Both the position numbers and the translations under genes were made by a program. The notes below the pieces were generated by a model that saw only the letters and a list, made by a program, of their open reading frames with translations, was not told the origin of the DNA and searched no databases. A stretch of DNA of 64,000 nt from Chrysemys picta bellii (lineage: Eukaryota), in the NCBI RefSeq assembly GCF_011386835.1, contig NC_088814.1:992001-1056000 (forward strand), given 5' to 3'. This document shows positions 1 through 12,619 of the stretch, one piece after another. Within the stretch, counting starts at the first letter, position 1. Each line of letters begins with the position of its first letter.

Positions 1-3000
1 GGGGCCACAGCTCTCTCCTTGGCCCTGGCCCGTGATAATACTGGGGAGCCGGGCCTGGCGTGGAGGCGAGATACCCCAGCAGTCGCTGCGAGCCCAGTTT
101 GCCTTGGCGTATCTTTAAGGCAGGCACATGAAACGACACGAGCCTGGAGCAGCAAGAACTGACTCCATCCATGGCCCCCGGTCGATTCCTGGCCTGCGCT
201 CGAAATGCCGAACGTGCCGCGCAGGCGGTGTTTCCTGGCAGGGCCCTGCCTGCTGGGAGCGGGAACACTGCCCCTGGGGGGCTGCAGCCCTACATCCGAC
301 AGCAAGCACCCCCCTCTGCCCCTCCCTGATGAGAGCAGGGCCCATGGGAGCCTGTGGAGGGCTGACCCCCCCTGCCCCAGCACCAGGCAGCGAGCAGGCA
401 GAGCGCAGGCAGGATCCGGAGCTGCCCGGCTGGGACAACTCTCCACATCCCTGCCCTGACAGCCAAAGAAACCAACGGCTCGCGGCTGCCGCGTTCCTAA
501 ACACTGGAAGCGGCAGGCTCCAGGGAGCCGTGCGCTCAGCCCCTTGGCTCGCAGGAGCCATAAATCAGCCCGGGAATCTTTCGTAATGTTTTCGTTGCAT
601 CATAACTGGCCCCGTGGTTGGGTTGCAGCTGCCCAGTGCCCCACATGGGGCTGTGCACAATCCCATCCTTTCACACCCACGTTCGGGGCCCTGACCCCGC
701 CCAGCCCAGAGCAGGGAACCCGCCGAGACCAATGAATGGCACCTTTTAGATCCAGGGCAAGTGAACTGATCTCCAAGCCCCTGCTCTGCCCGTCCTGACC
801 CATAGCAGCCCCTGCTAGTACGGCCGAGGAGGAGACCACCATTCCAGCTCCCAAACTGAAATACCAACCAACACATCCAGTGGCACCAGCCTGAGACCCA
901 GCAAACTCGCCAGGGACCAGCTGAGCCTCAGTTCATTACAAACAGCAGCCGGAAGCACTTGGGGAGTCGCCCGAGAGCATCCCAGCCCCAGACAGTCCCC
1001 GGGCAGCTCCCCACCCCCAGCTTCCAGACCCAGAGGGGGGAGGGGAGGGGGTCTGGCCTGGCACAGGGCTGGGCTCCGGGAAGCCACACGTCTCCCAAGG
1101 TGCTCACGAGGAACCAGATCCAGGAACTCCGGAATCTGTTGCCCAAGCCTGCGAGCTGCTGCTGCCCCCCACCCCAGGGGCTCACCGTGCCTGGACAGCG
1201 CATACGGGCTCCCCCAGATGGAGTGCTAGAATGCAGGGGGGGGATCGCGCCACCCCCAGAGCTGCGAGGGCACAGCCTGCCCTCCAGTCCTGTGCCCCCC
1301 GTGCCCGGAGGGCAATAACCAAGCTGGCACATGCTGCTTAGCATTCTTGATACATTACCATTGAGATGTGGGGGCTATGACTGGGCGAGGGAGGGGCTAG
1401 GAGCCAGGATGCCTGGGTTCTGTCCTGGCACCCTTTCGGCAGCACTACGTTTGGGGAAAGTTCACCTTGTGGGCCAGGTGCCCCAGCAGCTCCACACAGG
1501 CCAAGATGGCCTGTGCCCAACGGACAAGCCCCAGGAGGGCGCTGCCAAGCAATGCCAGCAGCAACCCCCGCCCCCCCGGCTCCACTCACTGAGAAGGGCC
1601 CCTAAGGCGTCTGCTCAGCATATGCACCAGCAGGTGATGCACCCCCCAGCTCCAGCAGCCTCGCTCAGCCTGGAGGGCAGGGACACAATGTACCTCGCTA
1701 ATAGCCGCCTCGTGCACAGCAGTACGACGCTCTGGGTCACAGACGCTGGAGCCGTCTAACAAGCTGGGATGGAAGCCCCCCCCGCTTGCCAAGGCAGGGC
1801 TGGCCTCCTCCGGGCGAGGCTGAACCAAGGGAGTTCTGGCCAGTCCCTGTGGGCAGGGGGACTGGGACCAGGAGAAAAGCTGCAGTAAGTGTGTGTCCTG
1901 CACATGAGGAGAGGACCCGGGGCGAGCAATGAGCACTTGGAATTAAAGCCCAAAGCCGGGGATTCGCCGTGTGTTGGAGAAGCGCCACTGAGCTCCCCGA
2001 GGGCTCTGCAGACACCGTCTGCCTCCCGCCCCAACTCCCAGCTGAGGGCTCCCAGCAGTTCAGCCACCCAGAGCCACCGAGTCCCAAGTGCCAGAGCCGG
2101 CCGGGCTCTCACTGCTAGGTCCCGCTGCCAGCCCGGGCGCCCCGCTGCTCTCATTGGCCGCTGCCGAGGTGGAGCTGGGGGAGGCGGTGTGGTATTTTTA
2201 CACGTTTCTTCCTCTCCAAAGGTGTTTATGAGGCTCTGGCTACAGACCCAGCTCTGTGATGCCCTGGGCAGCAGGGCCGAGCAGCAGCCTCTGAAAGCCC
2301 CATTGTGCAGGGCCCAGCCTCCTGGAGAGGGGACCAATTGACATAATTATGGTGCATTTATAGCTAAAAGCCTCTGCAGGCCACCATCGCGAGTGCAGCC
2401 CAGCCCTGAAATAGCACCCGGCCATAAATCCCCACCTGGGAGGGCCCCACAGACCTCTCCAGCTGGAGCCAGCTTGCTGCTGCCCCCGAGAAACAGCAAC
2501 CCGGGAAAGAGCGTGGCTGGCACCGAACTGCCGCCTGGAGAAGAGATCAGCGCCAGCCTCTACGGAGCCTCCCCGCTTGCTGTGGTCTCCTCCCAGGCTG
2601 GGAGCAGAGGCCCAGCCTCCATGTGTACCACGATTCTGTGTCCCTCACCCCTCGCATCCCACAGCAGCTTGAAAACAACTCAGCTCCTCCATTCACTTCC
2701 TGACGGGCACCCACGGTCAGAGCACCCCTGGGCGCGAGGAGCCGAACCCTCCCACGGCTGCTCAGCTAGTGGGGTGCAGGGGGCAGACCGTTTTCCTAGG
2801 TCCCGTGAAACTCAACAGCCCCAACATGTACCAGGAACCACCAAGCCTGGAACAAGCGGCTCCCAGATCAGTCTGGTGGGGGCAGAAACCCCCCAACCCA
2901 ACCACAGCCAGGCAGAAAGGGGCTCCCAGCGCAGCACCACGGCTGCTTCGTCAGCGGGCAGCCAAGGAGCAACACCTGGCACCTCCTCACACACCCAGCC

Positions 3001-4159
3001 CTGCCCCGAGGGTCAGGCAAGTACTGACAGCCCTGCTAGAGCCAAGACTTCAAGGGAGGTCTGTCCCCCAGGAGAGGGAATGGTACTGCCTGCACCAGGG
3101 AATGGGGTGTTCCCCCAGATCAACAGGTCCCCCAGCGGTGCCCACACCACGCAGCGTAACCGGGGAGTACAGGACCTCTCGTGCCAGGCCGTGACCAGAG
3201 CACTGTCCCAGCATGCGCCAGTCTGAGGCGCAAAACAAGAGCCCAGCCTACAGGCCACAGCCCCAGTCCAGCGTGGGGTCTCCCCCACTGTATTGCTACC
3301 CATGGGGAGGCCGGCTCAGGGCTCTGCCACCCAGAAGCTGCATGGACTCACACCCAGAATGACCGGGGGGGGGGGGGGGGGGGGCTGCCCTGGGGCCAGT
3401 GGAGCAGTAACCAGAGGAGATGTTACCCACCTGCCCTGAACCTAAGGGCCACTAGGACAGCCTGGAGCTGCATTCCCAGCTGGGCATGTGGGCGCAGAGG
3501 CTGCCCCCAGGCACCTGAAACGCACCAGGAGCCCCTGCCCCCCTCCCTGGGGTGTAACACGACCCCCAGCAATGCAGCGCCAGTACAGAGAGGCCTGTAA
3601 GCACAAGACAAGTTCAGGCTAAGGGTTCTGGGTCACCCCCGGACACTCTCCGCGTGCCGTCCCCGCCCAGGCCCCCCCGGAGCAAGGCCTGTCCTGCCAG
3701 TGTTTGGGATGTGCCCAGCACACAGGGGCACTACCACAGACACTGTAAAACAGCAACCCCAGAGGCCCCTGCCCCCTTGAAGGGCTCACGTCCACCTGAG
3801 GGGGCCCAGCTTGGGTTCACCAGCCCCCCTTCCTCAGCTCTGCTCCGCCCACAGCAGCACGGGCTCTGGGGAAGGGACAAGCGCTCGGTGCATAAGGAGA
3901 GAGCGTGCAGACACGCCCTGGCCAGTTCAGGCAACTCCAGCTCTTGGCTCTGCGCCACTGCCCACGGCAGCGGCGGGGGGGGGGGGGGGGTCATGCAGGA
4001 AACCGCTCATGATAAACAAATATTTACCAGTTGGACCCACTTTGGGCCTCTGGTTTCCCCAGCCCCTCCCAGCATCCCCCAGGCATCAGTCAATAAAAAC
4101 ACTGCTTTAAACCTGATTTCAGAAACCAGAAATATGTCAGGCCAAGACTATTATGTGTG

Positions 4160-4625
4160 AGGAGCCCAGGGCTGGGGTAGCAGGGGGCTCCGGGCAAGGA
4201 CTGATGGGCCCTGGCAGAGCTGGGGGGGGGGGCAGAGCTGGGGTAGCAGGGGGCTCCGGGCCAGGACTGATGGGCACCGGCAGAGCTGGGGTGGGGTGGG
4301 GGCAGGGCTAGGATAGCAGGGGCTGCGGGTCAGGACTGAGGGGCACCAGCAAAGCTGGGGGGGTAGGGCTGGGGTAGCAGGGGCTGAGGGTCGGGAGTGA
4401 GGGGCACCGGCAGAGGTGGAGGAGCCCAGGGCTGGGGTAGCAGGGGCTGAGGGTCGGGAGTGAGGGGCACCGGCAGGGCTGCGGGTCGGGTAGTGAGGGG
4501 CACCGGCAGGGCTGCGGGTCGGGTAGTGAGGGGCACCGGCAGGGCTGGGGGGGCAGGGCTGGGCTGGGCTGGCAGGGGCTGCGGGTCGGGAATGAGGGGC
4601 ACCGGCAGGGCAGCTGGGTGAGAAG
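4160..4625. repeat. G-rich minisatellite (about 45-60 bp degenerate unit) in presumed WNK4 intron 1
   Basis: Recurrent unit like agcccagggctggggtagcagggggctgcgggtcgggagtgaggggcaccggcagagct; same family as 4900-5740 and, in reverse complement, 49270-49445. Confidence 0.9.
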
Positions 4626-4899
4626 CTCAGGACTGGAATAGCGGGTCAGGGCTGAGGTCAAGTGACCGTTTATATTTTAAAAGCAATAAATGACAACTGT
4701 GTGACAAATGCAGGACAAAGCTATTTCTGAAAGGGCACAACCACAACCACTTTTATTTGTGGTACAAACTCCTATATTTGTACCACAGCGGCTGATTCTC
4801 TGCAGGATTAGGGCTCAAAAACAGGCTTGTTAAGTCTGCTCACATGCTCCTTGGCTCTGCATGGCACAGGGGGCTTGGGACAAGAGATGCTGAATGAGG

Positions 4900-5740
4900 A
4901 AATCCTAACCGAGGGGCACTGGCAGAGCTCGGGGGGGGGGGGAGGTAGCAGGGGGGCCGTGGGTCAGAGCTGAGGGGACTGACAGAGCTCTGTGGGGGGG
5001 GGGGGGTAGCAGGGGGCCGTGGGTCGGGGCTGAGGGGACTGGCAGAGCTCTGTGGGGGGGGTAGCAGGGGGGCCACGGGTCGGGGCTGAGGGGACTGGCA
5101 AAGCTCGGGGGGGGGAGAGGTAGCAGGGGGGCCGTGGGTCGGGGCTGAGGGGACTGGCAGAGCTCTCGGTGGGGGGGGGTAGCAGGGGGGCCGTGGGTCG
5201 GGGCTGAGGGGACTGGCACAGCTCTCGGGGGGAGGTAGCAGGGGGGTCGGGGCTGAGGGGACTGGCAGAGCTCTGTGGGGGGAGTTAGCAGGGGGGTCGG
5301 GGCTGAGGGGACTGGCAGAGCTCTCGGTGGGGGAGGTAGCAGGGGGGTCAGGGCTGAGGGGACTGGCAGAGCTCTCGGGGGGGGAGGTAGCAGGGGGGTC
5401 GGGGCTGAGGGGACTGGCAGAGCTCTGTGGGGGGGGTAGCAGGGGGGCCGTGGGTCGGGGCTGAGGGGACTGGCACAGCTCTCGGGGGGAGGTAGCAGGG
5501 GGGTCGGGGCTGAGGGGACTGGCAGAGCTCTCGGGGGGAGTTAGCAGGGGGGTCGGGGCTGAGGGGACTGGCAGAGCTCTGTGGGGGGGGTAGCAGGGGG
5601 GCCATGGGTCGGGGCTGAGGGGACTGGCAGAGCTCTGGAGGGGGTAGCAGGGGGGCCGTGGGTCGGGGCTGAGGGGACTGGCACAGCTCTCGGGGGGAGT
5701 TAGCAGGGGGGTCAGGGCTGAGGGGACTGGCACAGCGCCC
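4900..5740. repeat. G-rich minisatellite (about 50-60 bp unit, more than 12 copies)
   Basis: Unit gtagcaggggggccgtgggtcggggctgaggggactggcagagctct(g)n repeated; it produces the low-complexity Pro/Ser ORFs 4840..5733. Confidence 0.95.
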
Positions 5741-5824
5741 GGGGGGCAGATCAGGATCGAGGGGTATCAGCAGAGCTGGAGGAGGCAGCCGAACCAGGGC
5801 TGGCGCAGAAGCTCGGACCGGGCG

Positions 5825-5957
5825 GCAGGGGATGGAGCGCTCAGAGACCGTCTGTTCTGGTCATTCCCTCGGCAGCACCTGGCACCGCCGGCTGGCGGCA
5901 GAGAGGACACTGGGCTAGACGGACCCTTGCTCTGACCCACGTGGCTGTTCTTGTGCT
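5825..5957 (+). mobile_element. CR1-type LINE 3' end fragment (diverged)
   Basis: Resembles the copies at 7741-7890 and 18001-18168 (cattccctc...gcacctggca...gacactgggctagacggacc...tctgaccc). Confidence 0.6.
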
Positions 5958-7740
5958 TTCCGGGGACTCAAGGGGAGCAGGAACTTTGTATCCCCCTGCC
6001 TCCTCCTGGGAAGGTGCAGCCTGCTGGCCTGCCAGAGCCCACACGGAGCGGCTGGCACTGCTCAGTACTGATGCCTGCAGACAGGCCCCCCACTCGGTGG
6101 CCCCCCAAATCAGCATCACTTTGTAAGCGCACCAGAAAGCCGTCTGGCACCATCCCCACGACAGCCGGCCTGGCCGCGCCAAACACTGCCAGCCAGGCTA
6201 AGAGACCAACACAAACGGCCCCCTCCCCCCGCCCCAGCAGGGCTGCAGGACGTCTGCTGGGTACCTCAGATCCAGCCTCGCAAACGGCCCGTGCTCTCAG
6301 CCTGACGGGCGCCCTCTGATGTGGCCTGTGGAGAGAGACTGGGATCCGCCTGGCAACTCAATCTGGAGCAGCAACACTGGGGCAGGGTTGAGAACCAACC
6401 TGGGGCCAAGACAGGTGGCCAGATGCCCCCCAGGCTGCGCTAGCTGCGAGCGCGGAGAACGGGCCAGGGACACACATGCCTGGCACGGCCCAAATACAGG
6501 ATACAGCACGTGACAAACCCACAGAGGGACACACAAATTACGCACCCAGGAAAAGCCAGGCACGGTGGGGCTGACCGCGGAGAGCGTGACTGTGACCTCT
6601 GGGCAAAGGACCTCAATGCCTGACCCTGGGAAGCGTCACCACTAATACCAAGGGGCTTCCGCCTTGTGTGCAAGGTGGGAAGCTTCGGGAGAAAACTCCG
6701 GCAGACCGAGCCAAGCGCCAGTGGGCAGACACGAAGGGCCAGCCTGCTGCTCAGGGCACAATGCCCCTTCCTCCCACAACCACCCGCTGCCATGCAGGAG
6801 TCCCTCCGCCCACCCGGAGACGCAGCCATCGGCGAGCTCACACAGCGACGCCCCACGCTGCTTTTAGGGGCAGGAGACAAACTCGCAAGACACGTTTTTC
6901 TGTGTAAACAAGGACTTGGAACTCGCAGCTGCACCAGCCGCCCCAAGGACGAGGGTGGTCAGAGATTCTGGACTGCAGCCGAAGCCCATCCCAAGGGGTT
7001 ATGTGGAGACGTGGGGTCCTCCGGAAGGGATAGTCCCCATACAGCCCTGCTGCTGGTTGCAGCAGGAAGGAGGATGGGGGCTAGAGAAACCAGCCCCCTC
7101 TCAGCACAAGCTCCCCAGTCCCAGCAGAGGGAGGCAGGGGTTGGAGGAGGAAGGGATGGGAGAGCTGGCAGGAGACCAGAAAGTGCCAGGTCCGGGTGTG
7201 TTAAAGCAGCTCCTGCATCCAGCCCCTAAGGGCACCACAGAGCTTCTCGCAGCGTCACACAGACCGGCCACGGGTGCCCACCAACAAATCTCTGTTGATT
7301 ACGCCCCTGGCACCACACTAGCCTCTGTCAGGAGAACCTGAGAGGAACCATACCCCCCATCTACACTCCAGAGGCACCTCCAACACCTGCCAGCAGTGCC
7401 CCGAAACCAGAACCCGAAGGGGCCAGTTCTGTAGAACACGGCACAGAGCTGGCAAGGGGGGCAAGGCTGGCGTTTGAAGCAGCCCCTCTGATGGGCGGGG
7501 CAGTGCATGCAGAAAAGGAAGCCCAGAGCCTGGCACGTAAGGCCTGATACACAACTACAACCTCTATGGGGCCGGGATCGGCATGCACGGCACTAGCATG
7601 CTGGCTGCGGGCGCTGCCATCACCACGTGATGAGAATGAGCCATGCAGGAAGCTGCAACTGATGCAGAACTGAGCTGTGAGGAGCCCAGAGCGGCTGGGC
7701 AGCGAGATGCTGGGAGCATTTCACACCAGGGCCCAACATG

Positions 7741-7890
7741 CCAGGAGCTGGGAATGGGCGGCAGGGGATGGATCACTTGACGATTCCCTGTTCTGTTCAT
7801 CCCCTCGGGGCACCTGGCACTGGCCATTGTCGGAAGACAGGACACTGGGCTCGATGGACCTTTGGTCTGACCCCGTCTGGCACAGCACCA
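7741..7890 (+). mobile_element. CR1-type LINE 3' end fragment
   Basis: gggatggatcacttgacgattccctgttctgttcat...actgggctcgatggacctttggtctgaccc; near-identical to 18001-18168 and to the reverse complement of 57345-57570. Confidence 0.75.
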
Positions 7891-9379
7891 AGATCCCAGC
7901 ACATGGGCACCTACGGATCTGAGCCACGCTGGAGGTGGGCAAGGGCATGCGTTGCTGGGTTGCTGCCGTCCGTCTGCAGAAATGGCACCAATGGGAATAG
8001 CCATGAATGACGGTAATTCAGTATCTGTGGCTGCTGCTGCCAGCTCTCCTACGTAAGAGAAATCACAGGTCCAGCGTGCCAGCCACGGGAGGCCACTACT
8101 AATGGAAAGGAGAGACCTGGGGCTGCAGGAGCCAGAGATAACGGAGAAATGACCAGATGTGGCCCCAATCCCCCCACACACCTTCTTGGAGCTCCTTCTT
8201 CCCCAGTATGCCGCAGTATCACAAGGATCTCTGGGGAGTGGGAGGCCCAAGGAATAAGAAAGAGGCTGAAGCCGAACGAGGGGACAGGGACCTGGGGGAA
8301 GCAACCCGCACATGCCCCCACCTGAAGTCTGAGACGTGTCTTGAACTCAGCTTTGGGGGTCCGGGAGAGCCCAACCCGACCCACGGCTCAGTCCCAGGGC
8401 CTTCAAAGGGGCACTTGGGCCAGTCACAAACCCCAGACTTTCTTAAACCCCTCTGGGGAAAGGAGCCACCGACCTGGCACCTGCAGAAAAGCTGGCCCAG
8501 CCGAACAGCCTGCCCTCGCCCTGCCAACACCACAGGCAGAGACAAAGCACTGAGCCAGGGCCCAGGGCCATCCTGCTGATCAATCCCTCCTCACTCCAAC
8601 CTGCCTAGCTCAGCAATCCAGGGCCAGGGCTGGGGAAACTCCCACACAGCCCTCACCCCCCACATACCCCTGGAGCCTGAGCGCCAAGGGGCGGCCTTGT
8701 GCCCCAGCGCAGCGTCGGATTAACCTGAAGTAGAGCCCCATTGATCTGGGAACCTTGGGGGAGCAGGGGGCAGCCCCAGAGTGGGGCAGCCAAACAGGGG
8801 CTTGGTACGCTGGGTCCTGAGCAGGGGCCTTGCAGCCCACTGGGTTGGCAGGCCGGACCGAGGTGCCCCAGCCCTGCAGTCGCTGTGACCCCATGCTGGG
8901 GACCTGCTCCACTAGCCCCTGGAGCGTGGGGGAAGGATCCCGAACAGAATCGCCCCAATTTGTCAGACATCAGGGTCCAACCAGCTCCCCACTCTCAGAA
9001 CATTATCTCCTCCCCCAGGGACTGCGCCTTGCCCAGCCAGCCACCGCCGGGAGCCGCAGCACCCACTTCCCCGCTCAGAACTCAGGCGGCCCCATTCTCC
9101 CCCACCCCCGCCACAGGCCAGCCAGGTACCAATGGACTGGGGGCTCCTGGCTCTGCAGCACCCCGCCCTCCGACAGGTGTGCAGCAAAGTGACCCCTGGC
9201 GAGCAGCCGCCCCGGGGACCCCCCGGCCCACCTGAGGGCGTAGGCCAGCGCTGGAACGGGGGGCGCTGGGGGCGCTTTCCATCATGTCCAGTGTCTCTCA
9301 GCCCTCCCCACGCCCCTGCCTGAGGGCGCCTGGCCCCGATACCCCCCGCCCCCGTTGAGGGCTCCCGGGCCGGGCCCGC

Positions 9380-10240
9380 ACCCACCTGCAGCTCGCACCA
9401 GGCCACCTCCACGGTGGTCTCGGTGTCCAGCCCTTTGTAGACCGTCTTGAAGGAGCCGCGGCCGATCTCGATGTCGAACTTGAGGAACCGGCCGTCCGGG
9501 GAGGTGGCCACGGCGCGGGTCTCGATCTCCTCGTTCTCCTCCTGCGCCCGGCGGCTCTCGTCCGGGGGGGCGCCGCGCGGGGAGACCCGGCCGGGGGGCG
9601 GCGGCGGCGAGGGCGTCTGGCCGCCACTCTCGCTGCCCGAGCCGGAGCGCGCCGCGGGCTCTGCGCCTTGGAGAGCCCGGGGGTCCCCGCGCGCCTCCTG
9701 CGCCCCGGCCGGGCCGGACCCCGGGGGCCCCTCGTACCCCAGCCGCTCCAGCTCGGCCGAGCTCCGCCGGCTGAACCGGTAGGAGCCGCGGCGGCTCTCG
9801 CGCCCCCGGCTGCGGAGCGGAGCTGCCCGGCCGGGGGTCCCCGGCTCCAGGGCGATGCCGCAGCCGGACAGATCCACCTCGGTCTGGGACATGGCTCCGG
9901 CCGCGGGGGGCCCGGCCACGTGGAGCATCAGCATGGGGGTGCGGGGGGTCCGCGCCCGGGGCCAGGCGGGCTCCCCGCTTCGCACCTGGAGGCGCAGCAG
10001 CCACCGAGCCCGGACTGGGAGCCGCTGTGCGGCGCCGACCCTGGGCTGCCCGGAGCCGAGCTCCGCCTGCCTGGCGCCTCCCCCTCCCCGGGCGCAGCGC
10101 ACGCCCCCGGCCCGCCCCGCCCCCGCCGGCAGGAGAGCCGGGTGAGCGGCAGGCTCGACGCCTGCCCGGGCGGGGAGCGGCGGGGGGCCAGGCCCGCCCG
10201 GGGCTCCCCACTCACCCCCCAGCGCTGCTCCCAACCCCCA
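9380..10240 (-). promoter_or_regulatory. CpG island and promoter of WNK4
   Basis: Very high GC and CpG density over exon 1, with GC boxes upstream of the ATG (ccccgccc near 10090-10125). Confidence 0.8.
9386..9934 (-). CDS. WNK4: WNK4 serine/threonine kinase, coding exon 1 (183 codons from the first ATG, phase-0 donor); later exons not found in the window
   Basis: Translation [22 protein letters not shown]...[10 protein letters not shown]...[49 protein letters not shown], then a GTGGGT donor at 9385. The WNK kinase N-lobe, the MSQTE N-terminus and the position next to VPS25 indicate WNK4. Confidence 0.93.
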
Positions 10241-10874
10241 GCAGGACGCAGGTGTTGGTGAGGCTGGGACAGTTCAGAGCCTCCCCCCCCCGCTCTCCGC
10301 GGGGCAGCTCCGGGAGCGACCCTACAATAACAGCGCCACCGAGCCAGAACAAGCAGCCCGAGGAGGAGCCTGGCCAGCCGGACCCTCTGCGTCCCACTCC
10401 AGTCCTCACACCCACCTCCCTAGCCTGCTGTTCAGGCCTCGAGCCGGCTGTGGTGGCCACGCAATAGGTGCTGCCCCTTGTCCCCGGCCTTCTGTCCAAA
10501 CCTGCACGAGGGCAGGGCCTGCCTTTGTTCTTTGTACAGCCCCTAGCACAGCAGGGCCTTGGTCCCAAGAGGGCTCCCGTGGCACTGCTCTGACAGAAGG
10601 AAAGCCCCAAATATTGGGATGGCAAAGCCCAAAGAGACGGATGCTCCTTGCAGAAAGACCGACACTGGGATGGGAGCACTTGGGCACAAAGACCTCTCGG
10701 GTCACTGTGGGCTAATGAGCCCTGTGGGCCAGTTGCCTTCTGCCCCCAGCTAAAGGACAGACCCACATCACAGGGTGACGTCAGACCAGGGCGCACAACT
10801 AATGACCAAGTCCTTTCCTCCCGGCTCCCACAGGTGCAGCATTAATGTCTGGGAGAGGCAGGAGACTGGCTGGC

Positions 10875-11015
10875 GTTCCGTTCTTGACTCTGCCACTGAC
10901 CTTTGGCAAATCACTGCTTCTCGCTGGGCCTCAGTTTCCCTGTCTGTCCTATGGGGGTGATGTTGCTGACCTCCTTCGTAAAGTGTTTTGAGATCTGTGG
11001 ATGACAAGTGCTGTT
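10875..11015 (+). mobile_element. MIR/CORE-SINE remnant
   Basis: gactctgccactgacc...gggcctcagtttccctgtctgt...gacctccttcgtaaagtgttttgagatct matches the CORE-SINE core as I recall it. Confidence 0.65.
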
Positions 11016-11878
11016 GTTATTCTCAAAGATGGCGCACTGGTCTGCCCTGCTCTGGCATGAGTTCCTTCCTGTATGCAGCACAGAGCCATTTGCTAGACTG
11101 GGGTCCTTCCTCGGCTGTCTATTCTGCAGTTCCTGCTGGAGGAGACGCTTGATCCACAAACCCAGACACCTCCACACCAAGGAAGCGCCTCCTAAAATGC
11201 TGATGCTGCATGGAAACAGGAGAATTAACCTGTGTGAGTCCCCACTGGTCCCCTCTTCCTCACTTGGCTGCACGTTATTCTGCTGAGGCTGTAACTCTCC
11301 AGTGCTCAGTGAGGGGAGTAGGGAGAGCCAGCCATGCGCTGTCACAGCGCACTGATCAGAACCAGGGCCGGATTTAGGTGCAGGCGACCGCATGGGGTGC
11401 TGGGCTTGGGGGGGCTGTTTTTGTTGTTAGTGACAAAAGGGAAAATAGAACGTTTGAAGTAAAATGTTCCAGGTATTCCGTGTGTGGATTCATTTTTCAC
11501 TAACCTCCTAGAATGTTCTGGACTTCTGTAGAATCTCGTGGAACCTTCCAAACTTTCTGAGAACTACATTTTCCTCGAACCTCCAAGAACGTTGTCAGCC
11601 CAGCCCTCCCGGGTACTTAAGGGGCGTGGCGTCGCCAGTCAGTCAGTGAGATACAAGAATGAAGTGAAAGCCCAGCTGCGATATTGTGAACCTTGCTTTA
11701 TTGTGTAACTGTGAAAGTGTACTTGTTTTAAGTCTTGAAGAGTATAAGTAGTGCCTAATAAAGGACATATTTAATGAGACACCAGAGATATCTATTGAAT
11801 CCCTATCTATGCAGCAATATAAAAGAAATAGTTACTTCTTTTGCTATGCTAAACACGTACTGTTTGATGACTTTCTAA

Positions 11879-12157
11879 GGGCTTGTCTATACTTACGCGC
11901 TGGTTCGGCGGCTGGCAATCGAACTTCTGGGTTCGATTTATCGCGTCTTGTCTGGACGCGATAAATCGAACCCAGAAGTGCTCCCCGTCGACTCCGGTAA
12001 TCCTGCTCGCCGCGAGGAGTACGCGGAGTCGACAGGGGAGCCTGCCTGCCGCGTCTGGACCGCGGTAAGTTCGAACTAAAGTACGTCGACTAACGTGAAT
12101 AACGTAGCTGAAGTTGCGTACCTTAGTTTGAATTGGGGGATTAGTGTAGACCAGGCC
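11879..12157. mobile_element. MITE, probably PIF/Harbinger-type, inside the hAT element
   Basis: TIRs gggcttgtctatact and agtgtagaccaggcc (12/15); flanks taa and caa; internal perfect 25-bp inverted repeat. Confidence 0.7.
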
Positions 12158-12619
12158 CAACACTGCAGAACATGGACTTTTGCTCTCCCTAATACTGTCT
12201 GTTTTCCCCCGTAGGAAATAAACGATGCCCCGGAAGAAGCCTTCAGGAGCTCAGTATAGGAAGTGAAAAGCACAATTGCATCTAGTTTGCAGCAAGGGGC
12301 AAATTTGATGGGAAAATATATGAAACAGAACAACACAGACAGGGCTGTAGGCAGTAGCCATTGTCCCAATGCAGAAGAAATTGAGGAGCGAAGTGTAAAT
12401 GACAGAACTCCTGTTAGTAAGGAATTAGCAGATTTACTTGAAGATAAGGAATGGAGATGTGAGGAAAGTGATGGAGAATTGTCCAGGTTTCCTGGCGGCG
12501 TGAAGGAGAGCGTGGCTCACATGACAAGCGGAGTAATAGAGAAAAATCTGGCTTACGTGAAAAGGAGAGAAAGGATAAGGAAGAATCAACCTCGCGTGAT
12601 GACAGAAACAGCTCTGGCT

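Noticed and set aside
2393-3226. 277-aa Ser/Pro/Gln-rich ORF
   Set aside because: Non-ATG start, no recognisable motif, and a length expected by chance in GC-rich DNA.
4840-5733. 297-aa Pro/Ser extensin-like ORF
   Set aside because: Minisatellite translation with no splice or homology support.
8963-10234. 423-aa ORF as the full WNK4 protein
   Set aside because: It starts at a non-ATG codon in GC-rich promoter DNA and reads through the donor at 9385; only 9386-9934 is supported.
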